From: Alphaproteobacteria bacterium
Lineage (GTDB): Bacteria; Pseudomonadota; Alphaproteobacteria; MPNO01; UBA830
Assembly (NCBI GenBank): GCA_965243135.1
Contig: OZ251539.1
Span: 2,912,001-2,976,000, forward strand
Length of the DNA: 64,000 nucleotides
Direction of reading: 5' to 3'
Shown: positions 30,101-39,223 of the stretch, one piece after another
Numbering within the stretch: position 1 is the first letter of the stretch
How the letters are laid out: each line of letters starts with the position of its first letter
Notes under the pieces: generated by a model
The model's input: only the letters and a program-made list of their open reading frames with translations
What the model was told of the DNA's origin: nothing
Databases searched by the model: none
Position numbers and translations under genes: made by a program

Positions 30101-32545
30101 GAGCAGGCTGGCCACTCCTTCGTGGAATTCCTCGGGAGCGAGAGCCAATCGATCCGCCGTCGCCCGGGATAACGCAGCGGTCAGGCCCTCGTATTCGACC
30201 TTCATGCGCCCCCAAGGCTCGAGCCCCACCGGCTGGCGGGCGGACTGGGTTACTTCGCGCAGCACCTGAATGCGCAGGAATTTTCGGCGTTCCTGCCCGT
30301 GCCTTCCGCCCCCGCCTTCCTTGCGGACGACCTGCCATACTTCGGGCACGAGCGCGCGCGACAGCGTTTCGTCCCGCTCCAGAACGTCATCCATGTACAG
30401 GGCGAGGTCGCCGACGGAAACCGGACCATCCTTCATTCCCTCGGCCATCAGGGAACGCAAGCGGTAGCGGCGGGCGTGGTCCTTCATCCACCCCGCCTGG
30501 AAAGCGGCATCCTGCCGATTGTCGCAAAAGACCAGCAGCCGGGGCCGTTCGGAGTGGTGCACCATGTCCTGGGCGAGAACGTGCACGTCGGCCACGTGAG
30601 TGGCGCGAACCGGCCGAGCCGGCTCCCGGTACCGCCCGTTGATCCTCCTTCCGGTCGCTCCGCATGAAAGACAACTCGCGAGGAAGCCCGGGTTGTCCTT
30701 CTTTTGCCGCACCGCGAACAATTCGACGCTCTCGCCTGTCCGTCCGCATCCGCGGCACCGGGTCACGGCGTCGGGATGAGCCGTTCCGCAGCGACGGCAA
30801 AAGTAAAGGGGACTGGTGCGGTCGTGCCGGTCGATGTCCTCGTCGGCGCTGCCCCCGACGATTCTGTCCGTCAGGACGACGCGGCGGCCGCCATGGGTTT
30901 CCTCCAGAGGCTTCCAGTAGGTCGCCTCGCCGGCCGCCTCGCCGCCGCCCGGCGCCTTGCCGTCGAATTCGAAGTCCTTGAGGAAGGCGACGAAATAGTG
31001 CTGACCGCAGGTGGTGCACGTCGTCACCGGAAAATGCGCGTGCGCGTTCTCTTCGGCGGCCGCCTCGTCTTCCGCGGCCAGCCACAGCCTGGGGCCGTTG
31101 CCCTCCTCGGGAAAGCTCGCCACCGCTCCGCCGATGCCCCTCACGAAGCCGTGCAGCACCGGACGAAGAAGCGGCCTGCCCGCCGCGCTCGCCGCCGCTC
31201 CGAGAGTCAGCCAGCAGAGGATCTCGGCTTCGTCCACGGACCGGCCGATAACGGGCTCAAGTTCCGGGGGCAGCTCGTTCAGCGCGCACGGAGAAGCCAG
31301 CGCCTCGTTGAGCCGATAGACAAGTTCGTTGCCGGACAAGGCGGCGTACAGCGCGTCCTGCCAATTGCCGGCGGGAAGCGGCGCGCCGGACAGGTCTTCG
31401 AGCGCGCCGCCGACGGCCGTTCCCGGATCGGTCTCGTCGTCCACGGCGCGGACGCAACGGGCGAGGAGTTCGGCCGGATCGATCGCCGGAGCCGGCGGCA
31501 GAGAGCGGGCTTCCGTCCAGATCTCGGGTTCGTAGGACTCGTTCACCGTAACGACTTCGTCCTTCGGGACGCCGAAGAACCGCGCCGCGAAATCCCGCGC
31601 GGCGTCGGGACTGGACCGGTCCGCGATGGTCGCCGATGTCGCGACGCAGACCGTTTCGTTCGCCCCGCAAAAGGTTCTCAGCCGGCGGATCAGGCAGGCC
31701 GTCTCGGCGCCCTGGGCGCCGGTGAACGTGTGAGCTTCGTCGAAGACGAGGAAATCGAGGCGGGCGTCGGCGAACAGGCCGATATCCTGCTGCCGGGTCA
31801 GCAACAACTCCAGTTGCTTGACGTTGGTCAGGAGGACGCGGGGCTGCCGGCCCGGCGCGCGCATGATCTCGCGGGAGCAGACCTCCTCCGGCGGATAGAC
31901 GGTTTCGCTGCGTTTCTCTTTCCTCACCTTGGCGAGCTCGGCCTCGTAATCGGCCTGCGACGCCCCGGCGGGCAGGCGGATGCCGGCCACCTGTTTCTCC
32001 TGTTCCGGCGTCTTGCCCACGTACATCCCGAACGGAATGCCCGTTCCGGCGAGAAGGGAGCGCAAACGGCCGAGCTGATCCTCGGCCAGTGCGTTCATCG
32101 GGTAGACGATCACCGCGCTGACGCCCGGAGCGGTTTCCCCGTCGCGCAAATCGAGGCACTTGCTGATGATCGGGTAGAGAAAGGCCTCGGTCTTGCCCGA
32201 ACCCGTCCCGGTCGACACCAGCGTCGTTTTTCCGGAGCGGATGGCCCGGACCGCTTCCTCCTGATGGCCGTAGAGTCGGGAGATCTCCGCCGGAATTCGC
32301 TGGCGCATGTGAGGGTGGAAAACTCCGTCGCGAACCAGTTCGTCGATGGCCGCGCCGAGACGGAAGGAACGCGAGAGGCTGACGTAGGGGCCCTTGAGCA
32401 GAGGCGAGTCGCGGGTCGAATCGAGGGAGAGCAGGCGATGCATCTGAGCGCGCATGCCCTCGTCGACGAAGGGGTAGGCCGTCAGCTGGTATCGCAGAAA
32501 ACTGCGGACGACTTTTTCCGTAAAAACGACGGGGTTCAGGGCCAT
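27146..32545 (-). CDS. DEAH-box helicase with DUF1998 (MrfA-like Zn) domain and C-terminal Vsr/DUF559-like nuclease; DrmA/DrmB-like fusion
   Basis: TGTGSGKT, DEAH, TSAT, TLELGVDIG, QRAGRAGR, 'DPMPGGSG', 'CESSCVDCL', 'TTPDVFY...IYLDG...HLHG...RDRLIR'. Confidence 0.88.
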   Translation of the reverse strand: MALNPVVFTEKVVRSFLRYQLTAYPFVDEGMRAQMHRLLSLDSTRDSPLLKGPYVSLSRSFRLGAAIDELVRDGVFHPHMRQRIPAEISRLYGHQEEAVRAIRSGKTTLVSTGTGSGKTEAFLYPIISKCLDLRDGETAPGVSAVIVYPMNALAEDQLGRLRSLLAGTGIPFGMYVGKTPEQEKQVAGIRLPAGASQADYEAELAKVRKEKRSETVYPPEEVCSREIMRAPGRQPRVLLTNVKQLELLLTRQQDIGLFADARLDFLVFDEAHTFTGAQGAETACLIRRLRTFCGANETVCVATSATIADRSSPDAARDFAARFFGVPKDEVVTVNESYEPEIWTEARSLPPAPAIDPAELLARCVRAVDDETDPGTAVGGALEDLSGAPLPAGNWQDALYAALSGNELVYRLNEALASPCALNELPPELEPVIGRSVDEAEILCWLTLGAAASAAGRPLLRPVLHGFVRGIGGAVASFPEEGNGPRLWLAAEDEAAAEENAHAHFPVTTCTTCGQHYFVAFLKDFEFDGKAPGGGEAAGEATYWKPLEETHGGRRVVLTDRIVGGSADEDIDRHDRTSPLYFCRRCGTAHPDAVTRCRGCGRTGESVELFAVRQKKDNPGFLASCLSCGATGRRINGRYREPARPVRATHVADVHVLAQDMVHHSERPRLLVFCDNRQDAAFQAGWMKDHARRYRLRSLMAEGMKDGPVSVGDLALYMDDVLERDETLSRALVPEVWQVVRKEGGGGRHGQERRKFLRIQVLREVTQSARQPVGLEPWGRMKVEYEGLTAALSRATADRLALAPEEFHEGVASLLDYLRRKRVLHDPEQEIFSRYWLEGDLEIQQGYLPRFGNPTGTKLRRERDEKPQLVTQWLSDRGDTTIRQMARKWGVLPENAEKFLEELFGCLAEFGVLKPVRLKGAKGRSLSGVSRVYQVDADRLRLRGNQGVWRCRSCRRRTVRRTPLRKCPAWRCEGEIEFVPEDPDNYDLQVLDEGYSMLRPEEHTAMVPNEERERLENLFKGESDAVNAFVCTPTLELGVDIGKLDAVLMRNVPPLPANYWQRAGRAGRRHRMAVDLAYCRSVSHDRAYFAEPLKMLAGRVDPPAFNLRNELMVAKHVHAATITRLYQRARDPSRPDRERIEAALGQALPPRVGAYLFEGEAVRSEPFDLSPLRKLIERDLEDLVAYMEKAFSRNWPDADAEVTSPEALRGHVAGMVDQLENVIARLRRRLAWAMTQIRRLNVLREKRGALEPEDDALFRRCDRLVKRLKETRRRMRHEAEGYEDAYTFGVLAAEGFLPGYGLEIGSVLGTAEIPFWQSGVGEFALPRPPSLALREYVPGNLVYANGHRFVPRRFHLNVDEERVDMPVFEVSTERQAVKETEAGTELSGLSAGRLRTISVCDVDLVHRSHISDEEELRFQLGVAVHGLERGQHNGGTAFDWGGQSLHLRRGVRLRLVNVGATSAIGSFARLGYPLCTVCGQSVSPLASGVQYDRFVASHEERCGKRCAPVGFYADVVADVLSLPACENQTVAFSVLEALRFAAARVLDMHMDDLQILVVGYVERDEVDALLWDPMPGGSGLLSQIVERFGEVVNVAREVVEDCPSVCESSCVDCLQTFRNAYYHKHLNRGEALLRLEAYGAALELSHDIPSRQPSEEPREGSYPVNQAERTLRQLLLAAGFEEGVRGRQIRLDRAIGTTTPDVFYPGDEEDEGVCIYLDGLSRHLHGNPETAERDRLIRDFLRNDTGCEVIEIAASDLNDLKAMTRHFRRLAGYLSRPDLRKTVRDDQSWFERADDVKDD

Positions 32546-32557
32546 GGGCGTTCCTAA

Positions 32558-34225
32558 CCCGGATATCTCACCACTACTGGTTGCATGGGGCCCCCGATTC
32601 GCAATACATATAGAAGAATCAACCCACTACACGACCTGCGAAAGGAAACCCCACAGACTGTAAACCGTTGCAGCTTGAGTTTCAAGGCCTCGGAAGCCGC
32701 AAGGTGGTCGGCGATTTCGAGGGCGGCCGGCTCAGCACCGATGGCGCGGCGCGACGCTGCTGCGCCAGGCCGACGCGCTGCTCAACCTGACGCCGCGAAT
32801 CGCAGCTTGATGACCACCGATGCCAGGAACGCCTCGAGCATCCGGTGCAGCGGCTGGTTTCGCAACGGCTGTTCGGTATTTTACAGGGTTACGAGGATGT
32901 CAACGATCACGATTCGGGCCGACAGCGTGCTGGCGCTGGCCGTCGGGTGCACCGACCTGACCGGGGAGGAGCGGGTTCGGGAACGCGACCGCGGCATTCC
33001 GTTGGCCGGTTCGAGCACCTTGAACCGGGCTGGGCGTTCCCGGCGAAGCCGAGACGCACCGGTACAAGAAGATCACGGCCGGAGCGCTGGACGATCTCAA
33101 GCCTGTCCCTCGACGCCTGTCCGTCGCCGCCGAAAGAGATCTGGCTGGACGTCGACTCCACCGACGACCTGGTGCATGGCAACCAGGAGGGGCGTCACTT
33201 CCACGGCTACTACGACTCTTACTGCTACCTTCCGCTTTACATGGGACGACCTGATTTTGTGCTCGCGGTTGCGGCCTGCGAACGTCGACCCGGCGGCGGG
33301 CACGGCGGAGGAATTGGCGTGTGGAGCGCATTCGCGATCGCTGGCCCGGAGACCGGGGTTCGCGGCGACGGCGGCTTTTGCCGCGACGAACTCATGACGT
33401 GGTGCGAAGACAACGGGGTCGACTACCTGTTCGGCCTGTCCCGCAACCCCCGCCTGGCGGAGCGCATCGCCAGGCAGTTGCGCAAGTCGCGCCGCCGCTG
33501 CCTCTCGACCGGCGAGTCGTCGCGGCGGCTCTGCGACTTTCGTTACCGGACCCGAAGGTCGTGGAGCCGGACGCGGCGGGTGGTCGCGAAGGGGCTGCCG
33601 GATCCTCGCGGCCTCAACGCCCGCTTCGTCGTGACTTCGCTGGGCTGCAAGCGGGCGGGGGCGCAGGCTCTCTACGAGGACCTGTACTGCGCGCGCGGGG
33701 AGAACCGCGGAGCAGCAGCCTATTCGCCGACCGGACCTCGACCGCGACCGGCGAACCAGTTGCGCCTCGACTTTGCGACGTTCGCCAGCCGTGGCGGCGA
33801 TTCGGAGGGTCGGCCTGGCCGGCACCGGGGAGGACAGGGCGCAGGCCGGAACGATTCGGACGAAACTCCTCAAGGTCGCCGTCTGCGTTCGGAGGGTTCT
33901 GCTCTCGTTTTCGTCGGTCTGGCCCTGGAAGGATCTGTTCGTCCGGGTCCTGGCGAACCTGCAGGCGGCTGCGCCGCCAGCCCCGACCTGACGCCGCTCG
34001 CGGCCCCGACAGCCCTTTTTCGAAAGCCGGAACGCCGGCCACGGGACAGGTATGTTCGGGTACCGGATTCCACGGCGTCGGAGTCGTCCGCAACCGCTAA
34101 AGTTCGTGTTTCGTTCACAAAAAATCCTTGCTTGCCGACTGCGCCCCGCTTTTCCCGGCTCGCCGGTCGTTCCGAAAACCGCGCCCGTAACCCGAATCCA
34201 GCCCCCTGATTCGCTCTGATGCGGG
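32558..34225 (+). mobile_element. IS1380-family element with frameshifted transposase
   Basis: 'QRLFGILQGYEDVNDHD', 'LDVDSTDDLVHGNQEGRHFHGYYDSYCYLPL', 'RGDGGFCR', 'YCARG'; ends CCCGGATATCTCA / degenerate ..TGCGGG; CTAA duplicated at 32554 and 34226. Confidence 0.9.
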
Positions 34226-37200
34226 CTAATCGAAAAGCGTTTTCCCGACGCCCGTTCGGAAGGCTGGAGAGAAAGCTGCTTCTGCCGGAGCCGTCAGGGG
34301 GTCTTTCTCACGCCCCGAGGTCATTGCGAGCAGTTGCGCATAGCCTTCCTTGCCCAACAGATTGCGGGCGTGCAAACGGCACTCCCTCCAGGACTCCTCG
34401 GGATCCTGGCCGAGCTGCCAGTCGAAAAAGCGCGGACCGAGGCTACCTCCGACCTTCCGGACTTCTCTCGCGCTTTCGTCGCGGCCGAGACCGTAATCCG
34501 CTAGGCGCAAGGATTCGGGAAGCATCCAGCCGTCGCCGTCGTTTTGCTCGCAGAATGCGGCGATACCCTCGTCGACGTCTCCACGTTCGGAAATTTTCCC
34601 CTGGAGATCGTCGAATGCTACGAGCGTCAGAACCGTGTGGCGCAGTTCGGGAGGCTGGCCCTTGTTGACGCGCCAAAATCCCTTCGCCGCCAATTCGCCG
34701 GCCTTCGACAGCCTGTCCGCTTCGCCGACGGGCAAGTCGCAATCCCGGAGAATGTAACGCAGATCGTCGACGGAAAGCCCGAAAAGCGCCGCAACGATGG
34801 CGTCCAGCATGCAATTCAGCCTCAATCTCTCGTGCGGCGTCGACGCCCATAGTTCCCTCCAGGCGGAATCCCGATCCCGCAGATAGAACCAGAGCGGCGA
34901 GAACACCTCGTGATTCGCCGACATCCGGGCAACCAATCGCGTCAGAATTAACCTGGTTTCCGCCGTGAGCGTTCGCGAATCAAGCAACGGAAACTGTTCG
35001 ATAACGGCATAGCTGAGATGAAGATATCCGATGCGCCGACGGACCACGAAATCGAGAACGAACGAACCCAGCAGGGCCTGAAGGGGCAAGACGTCGGGCA
35101 GGTGGGCGGGCGTCAGGCACGGAGCGGCATGGACCGCCGGCATCGGCGGGGTGAGCGCGCTGAGCATCGTTCGACGGTGAACAGCGGTGGAGATACTCTT
35201 GAAAAGCAGCCGAGCGAACCAGGGCGGTCGGTCTTCGGTTCGGTCCCGGAAATCGAGGTCGCTCATCAGGTATTCCGGTTCTATGGTTTTCTTCGACGGA
35301 TCAATCGGCTTCCACACCGCCCCTCGTCCCTTGCCCCGAACCCATCCTGAGCTGGAGAAATCGAACAGGTTGAATACCTTGGCGTTGTACACGGGCAGCG
35401 CCGTTTTTTCGATCGCTCCTTCGTCGATCCAGTGCTCTCCGTCCCGCGAGAAAACGATTCCTTCGGCATTATTCGTGCGTCCGGCGGGCATCGTGCCGGA
35501 CAAAGCTTTCCAATTGCCCTTGATCCAGCGGTTGTATTCGTCGGGACGGTATCCCTCCTCCTCCCATTTTGGTCGCGGAGGGAATAGTTTCGAGTCGCCA
35601 GTGGTATGGAAATCCGTAGTGTGGCTAACGATCCAACTTCCTGGACCATTGTCGCCGAGAAGCACGGAATCGCCATAAATTTTGTCGAGCGTCTCCAGAT
35701 CCCGCGAGGACTCGATCTCCAGGATGGACTGAGAACCCGGCGAAAGGCGGTCTATCTGATCCCGGGCGTAATCGGCGGCGCAAAGTTCCGGCCGCTCCCA
35801 ATCCTCGAGTCGCCGTCGCATGAACGCCGTCCGAACGGTTTGCGTCTTTCCGCCTTTTTCGGCGATGACGGCATTGAATTTCATGGATCTGTGGATGTCG
35901 AAAATTCCGTCGCGATTCTCGAAGCCGAATATCCATTCCCACTTCGAACGATTAAGAAAAAGCTGGCGAAGATCGCCGGTGCCATGGTCGGAGTAGAGAC
36001 CCGAGGGCACGATGAATCCAAGGCGCCCTCCGTCCTTCAGCAAGGCATGCGCTTGCTCGAGGAACAGCTTGTACCGGTTGATATCGCCGGACCCTTGGTG
36101 CCGGAAGGGGCGTTCGCCGCGAACGTAGCCCGCGCTCTTCGAACGGCTGCGCCGCCAGTGCGCATGCAATTCCCCGTTCTTCCGATGGCCCCTCACGATC
36201 GAAAAGCGCCTGTCGCCTTTTGCGCTCATCATGGAGGGGTCGCCGAAGGCGCTGTCGCGGTGCTTCACGAAGTTGGACAACGCGCGAAAACCGGCGTTGT
36301 ACGTCAGCCATTCCCTTTCGATAACTTCGTCTTTGAAATAGCAAGTTTGATAACTCAACGCCTCCTGCTTGCCGTAGGAAGGATATAGCGGGTCTCTTTT
36401 CGAGAAAAATTCCTTGGAGTACGGTTTCGCGGTATCCCACGGCGGATTGCCGAGCATGGCGTCGAAGCCGCTTTTTTCGTCCAGAAAAACGTCGGGAAAC
36501 TCGATCTCCCAATGAAAAAATCGCTCGCGGGACGCTATCCGCGCGGCGACCTCCCTGGTCGCCTCCAGCGGACCGGCGAGCGTCGACGGAAGCGGCGCGG
36601 CGGCGAGTTCGTCGGCGGGCCAGAACCAGCAGGCGCACCAAAGGTCCATCGCCTTCGAGAGCGTGCGGTAGGCGTCCGAATCGAGGATGTCGTCGTAATA
36701 TGTCCGGGCGCGCTCGTCCGCAAGGTGGACGGGCAGAGCGTGGAGGTGGGTCAGTGTGTCGAGCGCGTTGTCGTGGACGGAAATCGCTTTTTCCTGCAAG
36801 TCTTCCGAAAACAGCGTGGGGCCCGACAGGAAGACTGCGAGATCGGGCGTCAGCTTGTCTTTGACGAACGCCTTTATGGATCTGGTGCGCGCATCTTTCT
36901 TGAAATGGACCCCGTTCGAATGGGTCTTGTCGCCGCCCTCCCGGTTCTTCCAAGCCATGACCGGATAGTGCTGAAACTGGTCGAACCACGCGCCGACGAG
37001 GCTGTTGCCGCACTTGATCTTGTGATCGAGGAAAGAAAAGGGCAGCGCGCGATCCATGGTCTCGACCCAAAGCGCCAGCCTGCAAAGCTCGACGGCCAGC
37101 GGATCGAGATCGACGCCGTAGAGGCAACGCTCGACCACGTGCCTGCGGAGCACGGCCTTCAGCCGCGGTTCGAAGAGGTCGTCGGCCGGCGGACAAGGCA

Positions 37201-39223
37201 GCAGTTCCTCGCAAAGGTCTTCGCCTGGGTCGCCGGTCAACAGGCCGACAACGGAACTGTCTCCGCGGGGAGCGATCCTTCCATGGTGGTGGAGCGAAGC
37301 GTACAGGGCGTCGGTCAGGAACCGCAACGTCGCCACGGGGAACGAGCCGGAACCGCACGCCGGGTCGCAGATCTTCAAATCGAGGATTTCTTCCGGAAGC
37401 CTCGGAATCCTCTCGTCGACCGCGGTCGTCCCGGCAACTGCCGATTCGTAAGCCAGCGGCAGAAGGGCGCGCTGCACGGTGGGAACCGCGAGGCCGGGCC
37501 GGGTATAGAACGAGCCGCTGCCCTTGCGCGTTCCGCCCCAGCGCACGAGATACCATTCGCCGGACAAAACGACGCGGACGATCAGCTGACGAGCCTTGCG
37601 GGAAACGGTTTCTTCATACAACAAACGCTTCTCGGGGGTCATCTTCCCGCGCGGTTTCCGGACGAGGGCGCCGGCCTCGACTGCGCGAACGGCCCAAGCT
37701 TCGGCTCGCAGGCGGGCGTTGTGCCGCTCGTCGTCTTCCGGGATTTCCTCGCTCTCATTCGGCTCTTCCTCCGCGTCGTCTTCTGGATCGTCCTCCTCGC
37801 TCTGCGACTCCCCGTCATCGCTGGTATCCGTCATGGCCTTCAGCAGGTTTTTCAGCGCCTTGTCGTCCATCTCCTCCAGCCGGCTGAGCGGCAGCGCGGG
37901 ATGGTTCCCGACAGCAAGGAAGACCATCGGATCGTCGGGCGGCGCGGTCCGCAGCTCGAAATCGAGCAAGCCCTCGTAAAGGATGCCGATGTACTCGCTG
38001 GAGAGGTCGGAAAAATCCACCGGCGCCGGAATCCAGGTGCGCGACCAGCCTTGGCGAACCTTTATCCGCGTCCGCGTGATCCGCTCCAGAATGCGATGGA
38101 CATCGGCGTCGGCCATCACCTCCCGGTCGAAGCAGGCGGTCTCGAAAACCGAAAGCGCGCGGGAGAGCCCGTCGGAGGAATCGGGTTCGCCCGAGGCGAA
38201 GAGCGCGCCGCCGTAGGCTGGAACGGGCAAGTCCGGATGGTGCGACCCGTCGCGAATCAGACGAAAGAGGGCGAGCACCCGCGGCCAGGCGCTCCACGAC
38301 CGGGCGAGGCGGTTTCCGCCGCGAGCCGCGGTCTTTTCGAGGGACTCCAGCAAGCCGGTCAGGCCGTAGCCGCTGTGATAGAGGTCGTTGTCCCGCGGCA
38401 GCAAATCGCGCGATTCGGCAAAGAGCACGATCACCATCCGCATGACGACGCGCACGGCGGCCCGATAGATCTCGGCCGGGTCGGCGCAGCGTTCTTTCAG
38501 GGCTTGTCCGTGGCTCCGCACGAGCGCCTCGACGGCTTCCCGGACGCGCTCGCCCAAGACCTGCGAGAGTTCCGCCTGTCCCTTGCGGCTGTCGAGAATC
38601 GCTTGGAGCAACGGGGCTGGGCCGTCGCTGCCGACCGGGATCCACGCGCCGGGGGACAGCAGAGTGCGCAGGGCCGCGACCTGGTCCGACAGCTTCCCCT
38701 CTTCGAACCACAGGTCCGCGTCCCATTCGCACCAGGCATCGAAATCGAGGCCGGCGAAAACGAGGCGCCACTGCCGGCCGTTGGTGACGACGGCCAGCTT
38801 CTCGCGCCCGCCCCGCAACCACTGGAGAACGCGGCTCGTCGCCCTGCGGCCGCGGCCGACGCCCACGCGTTTCTCGCGGTCGAGAAAGACGGGCAGAACG
38901 CCGCCCCGGTCGCCGGTCCACAGATGGTCGGGTTTGATCCTCCCGCCGGCAACGGCGGCGCGGCCCTGCTCGGCGGGGACGCCGCTTCCCCGCCGCCAGC
39001 CGCTTGCAGTAAATCCGCAGACTCTCTCGAGCACGAACGCGACGAATTCCGGCGTTGACGCGAGGTCGTCGAGCATCACGGCGCTTCGCCGGCGCAATTC
39101 GCTCTCGACGGCCGGCGGCAGGGCGTCCGGCGCGAAACGCACGATCTCCTGAAGCCTTTGAGGATCGAGAAGCAGGCCCCCGTGGCGCAGCCGTTCCCAA
39201 CCTGGCAATTCCGCCCGGTTCAA
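34226..39223 (-). CDS. Large N6-adenine DNA methyltransferase (DrmMI / type IIG-like)
   Basis: Motif I DPACGSG, 'YGVDLDP', motif IV GNPPW, 'FYTR'; TTG start overlaps upstream stop (TTGA). Confidence 0.88.
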   Translation of the reverse strand: MNRAELPGWERLRHGGLLLDPQRLQEIVRFAPDALPPAVESELRRRSAVMLDDLASTPEFVAFVLERVCGFTASGWRRGSGVPAEQGRAAVAGGRIKPDHLWTGDRGGVLPVFLDREKRVGVGRGRRATSRVLQWLRGGREKLAVVTNGRQWRLVFAGLDFDAWCEWDADLWFEEGKLSDQVAALRTLLSPGAWIPVGSDGPAPLLQAILDSRKGQAELSQVLGERVREAVEALVRSHGQALKERCADPAEIYRAAVRVVMRMVIVLFAESRDLLPRDNDLYHSGYGLTGLLESLEKTAARGGNRLARSWSAWPRVLALFRLIRDGSHHPDLPVPAYGGALFASGEPDSSDGLSRALSVFETACFDREVMADADVHRILERITRTRIKVRQGWSRTWIPAPVDFSDLSSEYIGILYEGLLDFELRTAPPDDPMVFLAVGNHPALPLSRLEEMDDKALKNLLKAMTDTSDDGESQSEEDDPEDDAEEEPNESEEIPEDDERHNARLRAEAWAVRAVEAGALVRKPRGKMTPEKRLLYEETVSRKARQLIVRVVLSGEWYLVRWGGTRKGSGSFYTRPGLAVPTVQRALLPLAYESAVAGTTAVDERIPRLPEEILDLKICDPACGSGSFPVATLRFLTDALYASLHHHGRIAPRGDSSVVGLLTGDPGEDLCEELLPCPPADDLFEPRLKAVLRRHVVERCLYGVDLDPLAVELCRLALWVETMDRALPFSFLDHKIKCGNSLVGAWFDQFQHYPVMAWKNREGGDKTHSNGVHFKKDARTRSIKAFVKDKLTPDLAVFLSGPTLFSEDLQEKAISVHDNALDTLTHLHALPVHLADERARTYYDDILDSDAYRTLSKAMDLWCACWFWPADELAAAPLPSTLAGPLEATREVAARIASRERFFHWEIEFPDVFLDEKSGFDAMLGNPPWDTAKPYSKEFFSKRDPLYPSYGKQEALSYQTCYFKDEVIEREWLTYNAGFRALSNFVKHRDSAFGDPSMMSAKGDRRFSIVRGHRKNGELHAHWRRSRSKSAGYVRGERPFRHQGSGDINRYKLFLEQAHALLKDGGRLGFIVPSGLYSDHGTGDLRQLFLNRSKWEWIFGFENRDGIFDIHRSMKFNAVIAEKGGKTQTVRTAFMRRRLEDWERPELCAADYARDQIDRLSPGSQSILEIESSRDLETLDKIYGDSVLLGDNGPGSWIVSHTTDFHTTGDSKLFPPRPKWEEEGYRPDEYNRWIKGNWKALSGTMPAGRTNNAEGIVFSRDGEHWIDEGAIEKTALPVYNAKVFNLFDFSSSGWVRGKGRGAVWKPIDPSKKTIEPEYLMSDLDFRDRTEDRPPWFARLLFKSISTAVHRRTMLSALTPPMPAVHAAPCLTPAHLPDVLPLQALLGSFVLDFVVRRRIGYLHLSYAVIEQFPLLDSRTLTAETRLILTRLVARMSANHEVFSPLWFYLRDRDSAWRELWASTPHERLRLNCMLDAIVAALFGLSVDDLRYILRDCDLPVGEADRLSKAGELAAKGFWRVNKGQPPELRHTVLTLVAFDDLQGKISERGDVDEGIAAFCEQNDGDGWMLPESLRLADYGLGRDESAREVRKVGGSLGPRFFDWQLGQDPEESWRECRLHARNLLGKEGYAQLLAMTSGREKDPLTAPAEAAFSPAFRTGVGKTLFD

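Noticed and set aside
27146-32545. Druantia DruE assignment
   Set aside because: Similar size and DUF1998, but the partners are an SNF2 helicase and N6 MTase rather than Druantia genes; needs an HMM test
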